A stretch of DNA of 41,082 nucleotides from a virus. The DNA is taken from the IMG/VR virus record IMGVR_UViG_3300030238_000004, positions 1 to 41,082 of that record. The stretch is one strand, 5' to 3'. Shown piece after piece: positions 29,931 to 40,600 of the stretch. The notes below the pieces were generated by a model. The model was not told the DNA's origin, did no database searches, and worked only from the letters and a program-made list of their open reading frames with translations. Numbering within the stretch: position 1 is the first letter of the stretch; every line of letters begins with the position of its first letter. A program made the position numbers and the translations under genes.

Positions 29931-31670
29931 ATTGAGTCCTGAGTAGTCATCATCGTCGTCGTCCTGATTAATCATAATCTCCATGTTACCACTGAGCATC
30001 TGTACGTGAGACTGGTCAGCTTGGAGAGCATCCTTACCGAGCATTTCCTCAAGCCATTCAGCAGTACAGTCATCAGCACCAGACTTAGCATCACGCTCTA
30101 ACTGTTCCACGAAGTACGCTACACCAATCGCAAAGGCATCCAATCGGTCATCATGAGCCAAAGCTCCACGTTCACGAGTAAGACGACTTAGTTGATAGAA
30201 CAATGAGTATTTAACATCATGTACTCCATCAGTGTTACGAGCAGTCTGATAGTCCTTCTGGATTGAAGATTCCATAACAACGATACGGTGAGAACCCATC
30301 ACAGGCTCTAAGGTATCCGCTATACGCATTTCTTTCTGACCTGTACTCTTTGTTTCAGTAAGAGCACAATTATGAATACGATGCAGCACAGGGCTTAGAA
30401 TCTTAAGGTACATACCATCACCAAAGTTACCTTCTACAAGGACTTCGTTAACGTTCCAGCGTTTAGCTACTTTAGCAAGTTCTTCAAGAGTCTTGTCTTC
30501 ATAGCCTCCACGGAAACCACCAGCTTCCATAAGATAGATATAACCATTTAGGAAGTATAACACTGCATAACCAGTTTCATCCTTACCACGACCAGAAGGG
30601 TCAATAGCCATAATCTTAGCGGTGTACGTAGAGCTACGCTTATCAGCAGTCTCATAGCGATGGAATGTATCACCTTTAAGACCAATCTGAGGGACGCTCT
30701 GTAAGAGGTTCTGAGGGTTCGGAAGCCAACCGTAGGTCAATGGTGCTTTATCAGTTTCCAATGCAGCTACGATGAAATCACGGACTTTCAGAGGGTATCT
30801 CTCAGCATCACTAAGGTTAGGGTTAAGCATGTATTGCATCTCAAAACCAGCTTTACCATAAGATAGCTCACGTTCACGCAAGTCTTCATCATCGAAGCGC
30901 ACAGGGTCACATGGAGTCCAAAAGAATGCTTCAGGGTTATCACCCATATCTTCCATAAGCATAGGAGCTAAACGGTCGCCATAAGCATCTAATGAAGCTC
31001 GGTCTTTAGGGTAACGTGCAGTCCAGATAGTTGTCTTATAACCACGTCCCTCAAGCTCTCTGTAAAGAGTCTGTTCGCATTGTGGAGTCCCTAAGTATGT
31101 GATAACACCACTTGGTTTAAGAATAGCATCAAACTCTTTCACAAGCTCACCAAGACGGTCACGAGCCATTTGAGTTGAACTGTTATTAGGAACTTCAACG
31201 TCATCTGCTAAGATGTAATCGGCACGACTACCCGTTAACTGACCTGTAATACCTACTGATTTCACAGAGGGTGAATGGTCAGGTTTAGCTAACCCAACAT
31301 CAAAGCTGATTACAGAATCACGTTGTCCCTGTTTAGGTTTTAGCTCCTCAAGGAAAGGTAGTAGTTCAATAATACGTTTGATAAAGATTGAGTTAGAGTC
31401 GGCCCGTTCCTTACTTGCAGATACAATTAAGAATTTCAACTGTGGGTTATTCCAAAGCTTCCATACTACGAATGCACATAGAAGAAACGATTTTCCAATC
31501 CCTCGAAATGCTTGAAGGATGAATCTACGGCTATCACCCGAAGCTACCTTGCGTGCCATATCCACCTGTGACCTTGTAGGTGGTGGTAAGTTTAAAGCCT
31601 TCCATAGTACCATTACGAATAATACAAAGTCATTCTTAATAGCTTGTAGTTGTTTCTGTTCTTTATTCAT
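29916..31670 (-). CDS. Terminase large subunit (T7 gp19-like)
   Basis: 584 aa vs 586. Walker A-like [15 protein letters not shown], nuclease-domain [12 protein letters not shown]. Last large gene before the repeat region. Confidence 0.9.
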   Translation of the reverse strand: MNKEQKQLQAIKNDFVLFVMVLWKALNLPPPTRSQVDMARKVASGDSRRFILQAFRGIGKSFLLCAFVVWKLWNNPQLKFLIVSASKERADSNSIFIKRIIELLPFLEELKPKQGQRDSVISFDVGLAKPDHSPSVKSVGITGQLTGSRADYILADDVEVPNNSSTQMARDRLGELVKEFDAILKPSGVITYLGTPQCEQTLYRELEGRGYKTTIWTARYPKDRASLDAYGDRLAPMLMEDMGDNPEAFFWTPCDPVRFDDEDLRERELSYGKAGFEMQYMLNPNLSDAERYPLKVRDFIVAALETDKAPLTYGWLPNPQNLLQSVPQIGLKGDTFHRYETADKRSSTYTAKIMAIDPSGRGKDETGYAVLYFLNGYIYLMEAGGFRGGYEDKTLEELAKVAKRWNVNEVLVEGNFGDGMYLKILSPVLHRIHNCALTETKSTGQKEMRIADTLEPVMGSHRIVVMESSIQKDYQTARNTDGVHDVKYSLFYQLSRLTRERGALAHDDRLDAFAIGVAYFVEQLERDAKSGADDCTAEWLEEMLGKDALQADQSHVQMLSGNMEIMINQDDDDDDYSGLNVMGW

Positions 31671-32097
31671 ATAAACCTCCTCTGATTTCTTCTCTGATTC
31701 GTATCGCTTCCTCTAAAGTTTTAGATGTAGTTCTGATACGTTTACCTTTACGCATTACTTCAATAGCATAACCATTTTGATGAACGCTAATGTTCTTCTC
31801 TTTAAGCTTGTTATCTTTGTGTGTGCTTGTATTCCAAGAGTTATCAGCAGAGTCAACTAAGCGTAGATTAGAAAGTTTATTATTCTTACGGTTTCTGTCA
31901 ATATGGTCAATCACCATACCCTCAGGAATCTCTCCGTTAATAATCTCCCATATAACTCTGTGAGCTAACTTGAGTCCAAATTTTACTGTCTTGACTTGAT
32001 AATAGCCATGATTACCAACACAACCTAAATGTCTTCCTGTCTTCTTGTTAATTAAACATGAAGGACTTTCTTCATTATAAGCATAATGATTGTTCAT
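31663..32097 (-). CDS. HNH homing endonuclease
   Basis: [44 protein letters not shown]. Its 3' end overlaps the terminase start. Confidence 0.85.
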   Translation of the reverse strand: MNNHYAYNEESPSCLINKKTGRHLGCVGNHGYYQVKTVKFGLKLAHRVIWEIINGEIPEGMVIDHIDRNRKNNKLSNLRLVDSADNSWNTSTHKDNKLKEKNISVHQNGYAIEVMRKGKRIRTTSKTLEEAIRIREEIRGGLYE

Positions 32098-32126
32098 ATA
32101 GTTCTCCTATTATAATAATATTCATA

Positions 32127-32148
32127 AGAGCCTCCCGTAGAAGACTCT
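32127..32148 (-). promoter_or_regulatory. Conserved intergenic stem-loop (RNase III-site-like)
   Basis: RNA AGAGUCUUC-UACG-GGAGGCUCU. Confidence 0.55.
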
Positions 32149-32158
32149 GAGTATATCA

Positions 32159-32293
32159 CTACTCTACATCTAAGATATCAAAGGTAGGTTCTACTACTTG
32201 AGGTGAACGAGATACTTCTACCTGTTCACTTCTGATGATAGTTGTACAAGCACTCATAGAGAATGCTAAAGCGATTGCTAAGATAATTTTCAT
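32159..32293 (-). CDS. Small lipoprotein (44 aa): o-spanin-like or other outer-membrane lipoprotein
   Basis: Hand translation MKIILAIALAFSMSACTTIIRSEQVEV.... Signal peptide plus lipobox-like SMSA|C. AAGGAGA RBS 6 nt upstream. Confidence 0.5.
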   Translation of the reverse strand: MKIILAIALAFSMSACTTIIRSEQVEVSRSPQVVEPTFDILDVE

Positions 32294-32304
32294 AATTGTT
32301 CTCC

Positions 32305-32895
32305 TTATTTAAGTTTACGAATAGTTTTAAGAGCTTGTAGTGACCATGCGATTACACAGCCAGCAGCCCAGATAAATGTAGATTGAGCTAACCAACCAAC
32401 AACAACTTCAGTCATTGGACGAGCGAATGGGTTCTCAGGGAACAGTAAGTCTGTGAACGCTACGAAGAATACAATACCTGAACCCAACAGAGTCGCAGCA
32501 GCATTACTAAACATCATACGAGCAGCAGGATTAGTGAACCACTTACCCATCTTACGGAACACAAGGATATCTACGATACCACCAAAAGTGATAGCAAGTA
32601 GAACACCCACAAAGATTTGAACTGGAAGACCAGCGAAGATTACACATAGACCAGAAACAGTCAGTGATAGTCCAAGCATTTGTCGTACAGTTACCTTAAA
32701 GGATTGACCTTTCTTCTCAGCAGCATCTTGAGTGAATGAACGTAGAACATCAACCAGTGGAACAAGTGTTAAGGCAGATAGAGGCATCCAGATAGGAACT
32801 CCAAATAGAGTCATTAGTTCAATAGGTGTAGTTGTTAGGAATTGGGAAGCAATAGAAGCAAGAATGTATGTTCCAAGTAAGATAAAGTAAGTCAT
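32305..32895 (-). CDS. Polytopic inner-membrane protein (~6 TM), possibly VUT/YhhQ (DUF165) queuosine-precursor transporter family
   Basis: Six hydrophobic spans. GGIVDILVFRKM...ARMMFSNAAATLLGSGIVFFVAF resembles recalled E. coli YhhQ GQILDVHVFNRL...STLFGNVSDTLAFFFIAF. Confidence 0.45.
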   Translation of the reverse strand: MTYFILLGTYILASIASQFLTTTPIELMTLFGVPIWMPLSALTLVPLVDVLRSFTQDAAEKKGQSFKVTVRQMLGLSLTVSGLCVIFAGLPVQIFVGVLLAITFGGIVDILVFRKMGKWFTNPAARMMFSNAAATLLGSGIVFFVAFTDLLFPENPFARPMTEVVVGWLAQSTFIWAAGCVIAWSLQALKTIRKLK

Positions 32896-32946
32896 GTTAT
32901 TTCTCCTTGTACGAATGTATGAAAGTTAAAGGGACACATCTTTCAG

Positions 32947-32968
32947 TATCCCTATAGTGGTGTTTATT
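32947..32968 (-). promoter_or_regulatory. Degenerate phage promoter (one C missing at -9..-7)
   Basis: AATAAACACCACTATAGGGATA, followed by leader hairpin GGGAUAC...GUGUCCC. Confidence 0.45.
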
Positions 32969-33203
32969 GGATAGTGTAGTAGATATCTTCTTCAGTTAAA
33001 TCTGGTAGAGCACTGGCAAGTTCACCAAGAATGCTCTCATCAGGTTGAACCTTAGAGATATTGAATTTGTGACGTTCCAAGAGTTTAGCGATAGCGTTGT
33101 ACAATTGAGGTGTACGCTTCTCATCGTTCTTTAGGTCTTGAAGCATAAGACGAGCAGACTCACTATCGAGTTCTTGTAGCATTTGTTCTAAGACTTTACT
33201 CAT
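32964..33203 (-). CDS. Terminase small subunit (T7 gp18-like)
   Basis: RTPQLYNAIAKLLERHKFNISKVQPD parallels T7 gp18 RSPQLYNAINKLLDRHKFQIGKLQPD. Confidence 0.85.
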   Translation of the reverse strand: MSKVLEQMLQELDSESARLMLQDLKNDEKRTPQLYNAIAKLLERHKFNISKVQPDESILGELASALPDLTEEDIYYTIQ

Positions 33204-33401
33204 CAGATTTGTCCTCCTTATCGTTGTTAATTGTCTTGTAGATAACAGCCCAAGCTTGGACTACAGTATATGTGATAGCAGCAATATAAACCAATCACTC
33301 AGAGATAGTCCCATGAATCTGGTCACAGCGTCAATACCAGCAGCTCCCACCACTGGCACTGAACGAATAACTATATCACCGAATTGAACTTCGAGTGACA
33401 T
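33196..33401 (-). CDS. Type II holin (T7 gp17.5-like), interrupted by an apparent 1-nt frameshift at a TTT run (33288-33290)
   Basis: Frame 1 reads MSLEVQFGDIVIRSVPVVGAAGIDAVTRFMGLSLSDWF and then stops after 8 codons. The -1 frame continues YIAAITYTVVQAWAVIYKTINNDKEDKSDE*. Joined, it parallels T7 ...APIVGTGVADVSARLFFGLSLNEWFYVAAIAYTVVQIG.... Confidence 0.75.
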
Positions 33402-33417
33402 AATGTTTCTCCTTATA

Positions 33418-35280
33418 TTAGTAACCTGAAGCAGACCATGTAATCCACTCTGAGTAATCAGCAGGGGCTACTTCACCACTGGCATAATAATAGAATTTAC
33501 CACGAATACCGCTATCATAGTAACCTGTACGCCAGTGATACGTAGATGTACAGTTCTGCTGAGAACTAATAACCGTAACGGTATCATTAAAGTTTGTGAA
33601 CTGTTTAGGGAATGGTACTTGAGAAGCACCGTGTTGGTCTTTAGGCATATTCTTAAAGAAGAATTGTCCACCTTGTTGAATGAAACCATCAGACCACACT
33701 CGATACCACCATTTATGATGGTCAGTAGTTCGACCTTTAACACTTTGCATGACATAAGGACGTTCTGCAATAGAATCAATGCGCTCATTAATAACAACAT
33801 CAGCAGCTTTAAGAGCTTCCACATCTTCCTTAATCTTAACGACTTCCATAAGACCATCGTTAGCGACTGCACCAGCAGCTTTAATCGCAAAGGTTGTGCC
33901 TGTATGGTCAACATCAAGAGTTTGTCCTTTGTTGAAAGACTCACGGATACCAGTTGTTAGAACTGTATGTTTGTGTTTACCAATAGTAACAGTATGATTA
34001 TGAGAGTCTGAAGATGTGCTACCTGACCATGCACGAGAGGCTTTAAAGTATTGAGTATTATAACGACTACCAGCAGCACCACCACCATGAGTATCACAGT
34101 TTGTTTTACTACCACCATGATAGAAAGCACCTACATGAGCTTCACATGAAATGTTTAAGTTTTCCGCAATACGCATTGAACCTGTAATTTCCATTGAACC
34201 ACGAGTATGGCTATGTGAATCTGAGCCAGATATTTTAGTACCGTGGTCAAAATCAGCAGTATTACCAGCATGGGTATGTTCAGGAATCATCCACGCACCC
34301 AGAGCAGCTACCGTATTAATAGGATAACCTTTAGGGTAACGATTCAGATAACTTGGAAGACGACCATCAGGGTATAACTTAGCAAGCTCAGGAAATTCAA
34401 CTACAGAGAACGTAGGATTAGCAACACAAAGGTCGATATAACCAGCAGGAATAGCTTTATGACCAAACATAGCGATTGTACCCACAGGAACAGCACCAAG
34501 GTCTTTAACATCCATTACTGCTTGTTCTGCATCAATACGAGCCTGTTCTGCACGATTAGCGTCAGCTTCTACAATAGGTACAATAGGGACTACAATACCC
34601 TCAGAGACTTTAGCTTTACGAGCACTTTCAGCAGCAGCAAGTTCAGACTCATGAGCATTATCAGCAGAGCCTTTAGCAGCGACTTGAGATTGACTTGCAG
34701 CATCACGATGTTCACCTGATAGGCGTTCCATTTCGATAGCTACAGTTTCAGATGCTTTAGCTTGTCGTTCAGACTCAGCAGCACGGTCAGCATTATTAGC
34801 AGTAGATGTATCAAAGGTACGTAGTTGTGATAAATTCACAGCATCATTATCTTCAACAGCATCACCAAGGTTAACAATCTTACGACCACGAGCATCTAAG
34901 TTGCCTTCATCGTTGATACCAATAGAGTCACCAGCAAGGTCACGAGCTTCTTCAGCAACGTGTAGAGTTTGAATTTGAGATAAGTTTAAGTCATATGCAC
35001 GAAGGATAGAACCATCATGGAAGTTAACTAAATGGTCAGTAGCCGAAGTGAATCGACGAATCTCAACTGACTCATATCCAACAGGACTTGGGACATTAAG
35101 TGTAATCTGTGTTTTAGTTGTAAAACGATAATCAGTATTCAAGACAAGAGTCTTACGGTCAGCACCAATAAGAGTAACTGCAACGAACTTACGAGCAAGA
35201 TAGTCGAAAGGAATCGTGAAGTCTGCTTGACCTGTTAAATCATACACAACAATCGTTTTAGGAGCACGAGTAATAGCCAT
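33418..35280 (-). CDS. Tail fiber (T7 gp17-like N-terminus; different distal domains)
   Basis: Residues 1-150 parallel T7 gp17 (FTIPFDYLARKFVAVTLIG, GSILRAYDLNLSQIQTLHVAEEARDL, LDARGRKIVNLGDAV). The distal part has a tail-collar-like segment and HxH motifs. Confidence 0.9.
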   Translation of the reverse strand: MAITRAPKTIVVYDLTGQADFTIPFDYLARKFVAVTLIGADRKTLVLNTDYRFTTKTQITLNVPSPVGYESVEIRRFTSATDHLVNFHDGSILRAYDLNLSQIQTLHVAEEARDLAGDSIGINDEGNLDARGRKIVNLGDAVEDNDAVNLSQLRTFDTSTANNADRAAESERQAKASETVAIEMERLSGEHRDAASQSQVAAKGSADNAHESELAAAESARKAKVSEGIVVPIVPIVEADANRAEQARIDAEQAVMDVKDLGAVPVGTIAMFGHKAIPAGYIDLCVANPTFSVVEFPELAKLYPDGRLPSYLNRYPKGYPINTVAALGAWMIPEHTHAGNTADFDHGTKISGSDSHSHTRGSMEITGSMRIAENLNISCEAHVGAFYHGGSKTNCDTHGGGAAGSRYNTQYFKASRAWSGSTSSDSHNHTVTIGKHKHTVLTTGIRESFNKGQTLDVDHTGTTFAIKAAGAVANDGLMEVVKIKEDVEALKAADVVINERIDSIAERPYVMQSVKGRTTDHHKWWYRVWSDGFIQQGGQFFFKNMPKDQHGASQVPFPKQFTNFNDTVTVISSQQNCTSTYHWRTGYYDSGIRGKFYYYASGEVAPADYSEWITWSASGY

Positions 35281-35340
35281 ATTATTCTCCTTATTAGTTA
35301 AGTAATTGAGAGGTTCTTTAAGATATAACCTTTAGTCCCC

Positions 35341-35363
35341 TCTCCCTATAGTGGGTGTTTATT
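35341..35363 (-). promoter_or_regulatory. Phage RNAP promoter upstream of the tail fiber gene
   Basis: AATAAACACCCACTATAGGGAGA followed by GGGGACTAAAGG. Confidence 0.85.
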
Positions 35364-35364
35364 C

Positions 35365-37569
35365 TTACCAAGGGTTAGCTTGTTTGTACGTCTTATGGTT
35401 GTACGGAGAGCCTAACCATGATTGTGTAGCTTCACCTTGAGCTGTCTTCTCGTCAATCATACGGTCAAGTGCTTCTTCATTAGATTCACCTTTCTTACCA
35501 TGAATAGCAATGTAGTTATTCCAGATAGTTTCAGCTTTAGTCTTAACGACTGTACCTGTAGTAGCATCTTCGATATAAACATTACCAAACTGGTCATCAG
35601 AAACCGTAAAGACTGCATTAGGAGAAGCAGCTTTCCATTGAGCTAACTTAACGTTAATAGCATCAAGAATCACAGGGACTTCCTGCTTGTTACCGAAAGG
35701 GGCTAACGTAGAGTTGCTTAGACGGTGTTCACCAGAGTCACCAAAGACTTGTTGAGTCTTCATGTAATCTTTCGTACCTTTCTTAGCAGCTTCTTCAGCA
35801 GAGCTACCAGTACCTAAGTAAAGTTGACCATACATTTCAGCTACCTTTGATTCAGTAGCAGATAGGTTGTGCTTCTTACTCGCATCAGCAAACAACACTG
35901 TGTTAGCAGATTTTTCTTCTTTAGTTAGAAGATGAGCTTTACTCATAGCTTTAGTGTAACCAGTGAAGCCAAGGTTCTCGATACCAGCATGATGGACTTG
36001 CATCTTAGCTAATGTCTCAGAGTCAACCATCTTACCATAAACTTCAGGATTGGCTGTGTATAGCTTCATCTGACGTTCAAAGGATTCAGGCATGTTCTCA
36101 CTAATAATATTATTACCAGCATTAACAATCGCAGAGTCAATCGTATTAATATCTTTCTGAGCAGTCTCAAGGATTGCACTACGTAGAGCAGAATCATCAG
36201 GAACTTCTGAAAGTAGGTTAACTACCTGTTCAGCTTTCTGAATGTCCTTAAGACTTTCATCTGCCATGATAGTGTCATACATAGACTTGTGAGCAAGACT
36301 CATTGTTTCCTTGTCATACTGTTCTAAAGAAGCGATACCACCTGACATTCGAGTACGAGTATCAATAATAGCACTTTGTACTTGAGCAGCTTGTTCACGT
36401 TCTTTCTTAATACGAACTTCACGCTCTTGGTTCAAACGTTCAGTCTTTAAGACAATGTTAGAACGTAGAGTCTGTAGAGCTTGTGCTTGAACAGTACTAT
36501 AATTAGATGGTTGACTTTTCTCTAACCAGTTCTGCATTTCATCAAGTTGCTTTAAGGCTTTCGCAGGGTCAGTCTCAGTAGTCACTTGGATACTTGTAGA
36601 ACGTGAGTTGAACTCAGAGGCTAACTCTTGGTTTTGACTCCACATCACTTCTTCAGCTTTACCAATGGAATCAATCACTACGGCTTCTGGAAGCACATCT
36701 GCAAGAGCTTTACCATCAAGAGAGGCTTGAGGTTGCTCTAACCATGCCATAGCCATGTGTACGTTACCAGCTTTAGCGAAGTTATCAAAGGTATCTTTAA
36801 TGAAGCGTTGTTGTGCTTCAGTACCACGGATAGTACCATCTTTTATAGCCTTATCGAACTTAGCTTGATACAAAGCAACGTTACCTACTTTCTGAGCTAC
36901 AAGACCATTAAATTCAGAGGTCAAGTTCATTACACCTTTAGCTGCAAGTTGAGTCTCAGTTGATAATGCTTGTGTAGTAGCCAGAGCTTTAAGGGACGCT
37001 TCGTTGTTACGAGACATGCCTTTAGTAATGTAGGAGTTATCTTCAGGAACACCATAAGTAGTCGCCAAGGCTTTCATAGCTGAACCACGTTTCTCATCAC
37101 GTTCTTTCAGAGCTTCTTCAAGGTTAACATACTGACCAAGCTTTTCTTTAGCTTCAATCTCTTTGTCAATCTCGAACATCTGACGTTCAGAGTCTTTGTA
37201 CATAGCTACAGCTTTTCGATACTCATTAGGGTCATGACCTACAAGTTCATTGAAACCAGCTTTAAGAGTCCCAAAGAAACCTTGAGCTTCTTCTTCAGCT
37301 TTAGTCTCTAACCATTTAAGTTCATCGAACTCAGGTTTAGAGGAAGCATCAGCAAAGTCTTGTTCAGCTTGTGTCCACTGACGGTCAACGAACTTACCGT
37401 ATTCTTCAGTACCTAATTTCATAAGTCCTGTAAGTTGTCCAGCATAATTAGTTTGATTAACCTTTTGTGCAGTTTGTTGTTGAGCCTGATAAGTACCACC
37501 CTCGATTCTTTCAACTGGAATCTTAAGGGTCTTAACTTTTGATAAGGCTTGTTGTAATTTATTAGCCAT
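35365..37569 (-). CDS. Internal virion protein (T7 gp15-like by size and weak similarity)
   Basis: 734 aa vs 747. The near-C-terminal segment FGNVYIEDATTGTVVKTKAETIWNNY loosely parallels recalled T7 gp15 DSIYLMDTTGQVRVRYDKELLSKVW. Confidence 0.55.
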   Translation of the reverse strand: MANKLQQALSKVKTLKIPVERIEGGTYQAQQQTAQKVNQTNYAGQLTGLMKLGTEEYGKFVDRQWTQAEQDFADASSKPEFDELKWLETKAEEEAQGFFGTLKAGFNELVGHDPNEYRKAVAMYKDSERQMFEIDKEIEAKEKLGQYVNLEEALKERDEKRGSAMKALATTYGVPEDNSYITKGMSRNNEASLKALATTQALSTETQLAAKGVMNLTSEFNGLVAQKVGNVALYQAKFDKAIKDGTIRGTEAQQRFIKDTFDNFAKAGNVHMAMAWLEQPQASLDGKALADVLPEAVVIDSIGKAEEVMWSQNQELASEFNSRSTSIQVTTETDPAKALKQLDEMQNWLEKSQPSNYSTVQAQALQTLRSNIVLKTERLNQEREVRIKKEREQAAQVQSAIIDTRTRMSGGIASLEQYDKETMSLAHKSMYDTIMADESLKDIQKAEQVVNLLSEVPDDSALRSAILETAQKDINTIDSAIVNAGNNIISENMPESFERQMKLYTANPEVYGKMVDSETLAKMQVHHAGIENLGFTGYTKAMSKAHLLTKEEKSANTVLFADASKKHNLSATESKVAEMYGQLYLGTGSSAEEAAKKGTKDYMKTQQVFGDSGEHRLSNSTLAPFGNKQEVPVILDAINVKLAQWKAASPNAVFTVSDDQFGNVYIEDATTGTVVKTKAETIWNNYIAIHGKKGESNEEALDRMIDEKTAQGEATQSWLGSPYNHKTYKQANPW

Positions 37570-37574
37570 ATAGT

Positions 37575-37597
37575 TCCTCCTATAGTGGGTGTTATTA
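37575..37597 (-). promoter_or_regulatory. Phage RNAP promoter
   Basis: TAATAACACCCACTATAGGAGGA; the ATG lies 12 nt after +1. Confidence 0.8.
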
Positions 37598-37610
37598 AAA
37601 GTAATTCATA

Positions 37611-37632
37611 AGAGCCTCCCGAAGAAGACTCT
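37611..37632 (-). promoter_or_regulatory. Conserved intergenic stem-loop (RNase III-site-like)
   Basis: RNA AGAGUCUUC-UUCG-GGAGGCUCU. Confidence 0.55.
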
Positions 37633-37637
37633 GAGTA

Positions 37638-40600
37638 TTACTCTTGGAATAGAGTTGTTAGTTGTTTGTATAACTTACGCATGTGAGGTTCATTAGGGAC
37701 AAACGTTTCAAGAGACTTATAAAGAGCTTTCTCCACGTTCTTCTCTTGGTTGTATCGTAGGTGCTCATCATCAAGCGCGTTCCATGCAAGATGACCAGCA
37801 TTAAATGTAGCAGCACCAGCAGCACCAACTACACGAGCAGGAGCAACCATACCAAGACCATTACGAGTAACATCAGCTAAGAAGCTTTGAGAGGTTTCTC
37901 CACGACCAGCATAAGTACCAGCAACATCTTCAAAAGTAGTCTTACCGATGCCAGCATAAGGAGCATTAACCATACCACCGAAACCATCATAAATCATGTT
38001 CCAACCAGCTAACATAGGGTGACGTTTAAGAGATGCAGCAGCGATTTTATCTAATGAAAGGTTATCATCAAGATACTTCTCACGCTCATACTTATCGTCA
38101 ATCGCAGAGGCTTTGTAAACAGTAGTACCAACATAGTGCATAGTAGCTAAACCACCAGCAGTTAATACACCTACCATACGACCTACACGACCAAGGTCTT
38201 TAATCTCACCAGCATTACGACTAAGAATCTGAGTGGATACTGTAGCGAATCGCTTATACATCCAGAATAGACGACCGAATGCACCTGACGGTTGTACTAA
38301 GGTTTGTCCTACGTTATCAGTCTTAGCCATTAACTCATCGTTAAAAGCATGTACCAAACGCATTACGTTCATAGTGTCAGGAGAGTTCATCCAGCTTGTC
38401 ATATCGAAATCTGACGGTAAATCTTCAGTCTTCACATCAATACCATCTGGTAGTAACTTCAAGTGAGCAATAGCCTTATCAGCTACTTCACGAGGAATGT
38501 TATTAGCTTGTAGGAACTTATCAGAAACAATAGATGTATCTTTAAGCATACGACCTTTAACCATACCACGAGATACACGAAGCATTTCATCAAGAGCTAC
38601 TTGGTTTCCAGCATCAATCATACCCTCATGGATGTAGCGCATAGCACGTACCCAAGGTAGTTTATCAACTGTTAATGCAACACCATAGCGAAGATTAGCA
38701 AGTGCCTTAGAAGCGTTATCAGACTTATCTACACGAGTCATAAGCTGATTCACATAGTCTTCACGAGTCATGTTCATACGACGAGTTAAAGCCTTACCCA
38801 TCATCATAGTACCAAATTCACGTTTAAGTGTCTTAGGTTGCATACGCATGATTTTCTGTAAGTCTTTACCCAAAGCTTTAACAATGTGTTTCATTGCAGC
38901 AGGAACAACACCTTGACGATGTAAGTTACCGAACACTTCAACCATGTTAGCTGTATGAGTCATCGCAGAGGTTAGACCTAAAGTAGCATCACGAAGTGTA
39001 TCCGAAGCTACGTCAATGTTAGTGTACTTATCATAAGGAGAGTTCCTTAAGACGTTATCCAGCATTGATTTAAGAGCTTTACCGCCCTCTGACTGTTTAG
39101 CCATAGCGTCAATCTCTTTAGAGAAATCCTTAACGTGTTTACCTGTCACTGCATTGATAGCAATCTGACCATTAACACTTGTTGAGTAACTTCTCATCTG
39201 AGCACCAAAGTCATTGTATTCTAACTTGAAAGGACTCCATTCAGTACCATCTGGAAGATTAACCTTACCGTGTAACGGGATGTTCATACGAGTTTTGAAG
39301 TGGTCTGTCTTACGAGTAGTAGTACCCTCAAACATATCAGTATCAAACATAGTCGTATTACCATTGTTAATCACACCATAAGCGTAGTTCATAGCGTACT
39401 TATCAAGTAATTCATCTGGAAGTACATCAGCAGCAAGTTCACCCTCAGCAACGACTTCAAGTTCCTCACGGATAACCTTTTCGTTGTAGGCTTTACGAGC
39501 AGCATTCATATCTTCATGAAAAGCTTTCTTGATAGCATCTGCAAACATACGTTGAGCAGCTTCAGGATTGTCAAACTTAGATACAAATTCATTGACCGCT
39601 AAACGGTTATAAGTACGAGTACGCCAGTTCATGTCATCAATCATGTTTTCAGCTACAGCAGGAGCACCTTGTTTACCCGAGACTCTTGATGGGTCTTTGA
39701 TAAACTCAGCGTGTCTTGTAGCAAACTCTTGGTAAGCTTTAATCATTATCTTTTGGGATGGTGTTAGAGTTGTTAAATCCATATTATCATGGTTATCAAG
39801 AATCATCTTGAACTCCACATCAACATCTTCAAGAGACTGATACTTACCTAATGATTGACCACGTTGGAACTCAGCTTCACGATAGTCATCCCATAGAGAG
39901 AATACTTCGTTATCACGGTCATTAAGGTTACGCACTACGTTATTGATAGTAGGAGCACTTGTTGTAAACTCAGTGTCCTTAAAGCCCTGTACAGGTGTAT
40001 CAAACAACATAGCAGTAGAAGCAGTAGCTTTATCTTTAAGAGCCGTTGTGATTGAATCATGTTGCCAGAATCGTAAGTCACTACGAGCTTCACCAGCTAC
40101 AGGTTCATCAATAATACCACGAGTCATAACACGACCTGATTGTAATACTTCAGTATCCTCATCAACTACTGTACGTTCACCTTGTGGGTGCATATCAGCA
40201 GTGTTATAGGTTGGGTCTTCACGACCAGTATTCAAAGCAGTCTCAGAGTTAGATACTCGACGCATCATTGAGTCAAGACCTTTGGATACACCAGCCATAC
40301 CAGTGACCATTACAGTTGCACCAATTAGAGCACCACCTACATCAGCTTCAACACCAGTGATACCATTACGTAGATATTTCTCAGATAGGTATGTAGTTGT
40401 TAATGATTCTGCAAGTTGTGGTACAAGTCTGTTATTGATGATTTTAGTACCCTTAAAGGCTTTATTAGCAAGATTAGCATAACCAAGAGGGACATAAGAA
40501 AAGGGGTCGCCTGTAAAGTCTCCCAAGCCCATAGCCACTTGATGTGACATTCCTTGTTCATTTACCTTATCTTGGAACTTAACGTTTTGTTGAATAACTT

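Noticed and set aside
33468-33944. Alternate-frame - strand ORFs nested in large genes (also 3804-4031, 9504-9719, 12950-13186, 15621-15899, 17906-18109, 19286-19498, 24125-24355, 24689-24883)
   Set aside because: They show the Leu/Val/Lys-rich composition typical of off-frame translation of AT-leaning coding DNA. They have no independent start signals, and the host genes have strong homology support.
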